DNA of 64,000 nucleotides from positions 70,928,001-70,992,000 of the forward strand of contig OY740787.1 in NCBI GenBank assembly GCA_963514005.1. Direction: 5' to 3'. Below the pieces are notes generated by a model that was not told the DNA's origin, did not search any database, and saw nothing but the letters and a program-made list of their open reading frames with translations. The stretch is from Raja brachyura. Its lineage: Eukaryota. Made by a program: the position numbers and the translations under genes. The stretch's first letter is position 1. Each line of letters starts with the position of its first letter. Positions 62,768 through 64,000 of this stretch are shown here, piece by piece.

Positions 62768-63204
62768 CTGAGAAGTTAAAAGAATAAAGAAATATAAAAT
62801 TCAATAATTTTGCATGCTATTTATTATTTCCCTTGTCACCGATTTCTTCTACCTCCCAGCTATTCACTAAGGTTAAGCAAAGTCATTGCGTCTCGTCTGA
62901 TCAGGAGCTGAGCCTCAAACTGCATGACCATGAACTGCTCAATATGGTTCACCTTCATGCCAAGATTGCTACTGGCGTAATTCTGTTGCAAGATCTACAC
63001 TCTCTCTCGTTTTGTTATTCCTCTTTGGGCAGTTGTCAGTCTATATAAACTCTGATAGTCAAATACTCCACCATTCAATTGTCCACAACCTACATTGAAT
63101 TGTAAATAACAATTCCTTTCATAAAATTCCTCCATAGTTTAGCTCATGTAACAGCAACCACTACTAGGCTTACAGCACCTTTCTCAGTAATCTAAAATTG
63201 TTAT

Positions 63205-63566
63205 GGGATTGGACACGCTAGATGCAGGAAACATGTTCCCAATGTTAGGGGAGCCCGGAACCAAGGGCCGCAGTTGAAGAATAGGGGGCAAGTCATTTAG
63301 AACTGAGTTGAGGAAAAACTTTTTCACACAGAGAGTTGTGAATTTGTGGAATTCTCTGCCTCAGAAGGCAGTGAAGACCGATTCACGGGATGCATTTAAA
63401 AGAGAGTTCGATAGCGTTCTTAGGGCTAGTGATATCAAGGGATATAGGGTGAAGGCAGGAAAGGGGTACTGATTGTGGATGATCAGCCATGCTCACATTA
63501 AATTCCGGTGCTGGCTCGAAGGGCCAAATGGCCTACTCCTGCATCTACTGTCTATGTATCTATGTA
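63205..63566 (+). mobile_element. CR1 LINE 3' end
   Basis: ctagatgcaggaaacatgttcccaatg..ttttcacacagagagttgtgaatttgtggaattc..tggcctactcctgcatctactgtctatgt; same family as 19878-21437. Confidence 0.9.
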
Positions 63567-63907
63567 CCACTTTTCTCAGTCTTTGGGATTTTCCTTTTCA
63601 GACACCATCAACACCTTTTGGTGGTTTAGCCCACTTTTTAGAATGCATTCTTTCATTTTCTTTGACACTCAGTTTTATTCTCCATTTTTATAAAATCTTC
63701 CCAAAACCCATTTCTTCAATTATGTTTTCAGTTACTTCTATTTTTCATTTTGTAAGCTCTGCACTTGTTTCTTTAATGAATTAATTTTGCTCCACTCTTC
63801 AGAAATCATCTTTGCAGCTTTCATTGGTAAATAGGTTTAGTTAAGCTAAGTTATCTTCAAAAGGTTAAATAAAAATACAATTTCAAATTCTATATTCAGA
63901 TTCTTAC

Positions 63908-64000
63908 CAATTACGTTCACGTCAATTTCCCCTGAGACAGATGACATAGCATTTTCCAGTGTCAATTTATATAATCCTTTATCTGGACGCTCACTGGGAG
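63908..64000 (-). CDS. ttn: titin exon (~ex256), C-terminal part of Ig, truncated by the window edge
   Basis: PSERPDKGLYKLTLEN...EIDVNVI G|gtaag. Confidence 0.9.

Larger units (their letters stand above)
1..64000 (-). other. ttn: titin gene, internal segment (I/A junction, D-zone, C-zone repeats C1-C7); 71 exons, both ends outside window
   Basis: Spliced minus-strand translation gives an uninterrupted array of Ig (e.g. [18 protein letters not shown]) and Fn3 (PGPP..W.PP..DGGS.ITGY..E..FRV.AEN..G.G.P) domains in titin A-band order; splice phases are compatible across all 70 GT-AG introns. Confidence 0.99.

Overview
The whole window is an internal part of a vertebrate titin gene (ttn) on the minus strand. 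It is most likely from an elasmobranch (shark, ray or skate), judging by the intronic repeat families. I delimited 71 GT-AG exons (~37.8 kb coding, ~12,600 codons). From right to left they encode the I/A-junction domains (including a run of six Fn3 domains), six 7-domain D-zone super-repeats, and C-zone 11-domain super-repeats C1 to most of C7. C3-C7 lie in one stop-free exon of more than 16.1 kb (1..16139) that the ORF track misses because it runs off the window edge. Exon sizes match my recollection of human TTN exons 256-326 almost one-to-one; the human-equivalent numbers are inferred and need checking. Most introns are ~80-110 nt. The long ones carry CR1, L1 and Rex1/Babar LINE relics, a Harbinger-like MITE, and two Penelope-like fragments with minimal hammerhead-ribozyme motifs. 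The most notable non-obvious items are the hammerhead-bearing insertions (one ~32 nt from a 3' splice site), a 33-nt microexon preceded by a perfect 21-bp intronic stem and a candidate stop-containing cassette, and a 56-bp intronic inverted repeat. I found no clear evidence of a wholly new biological system.
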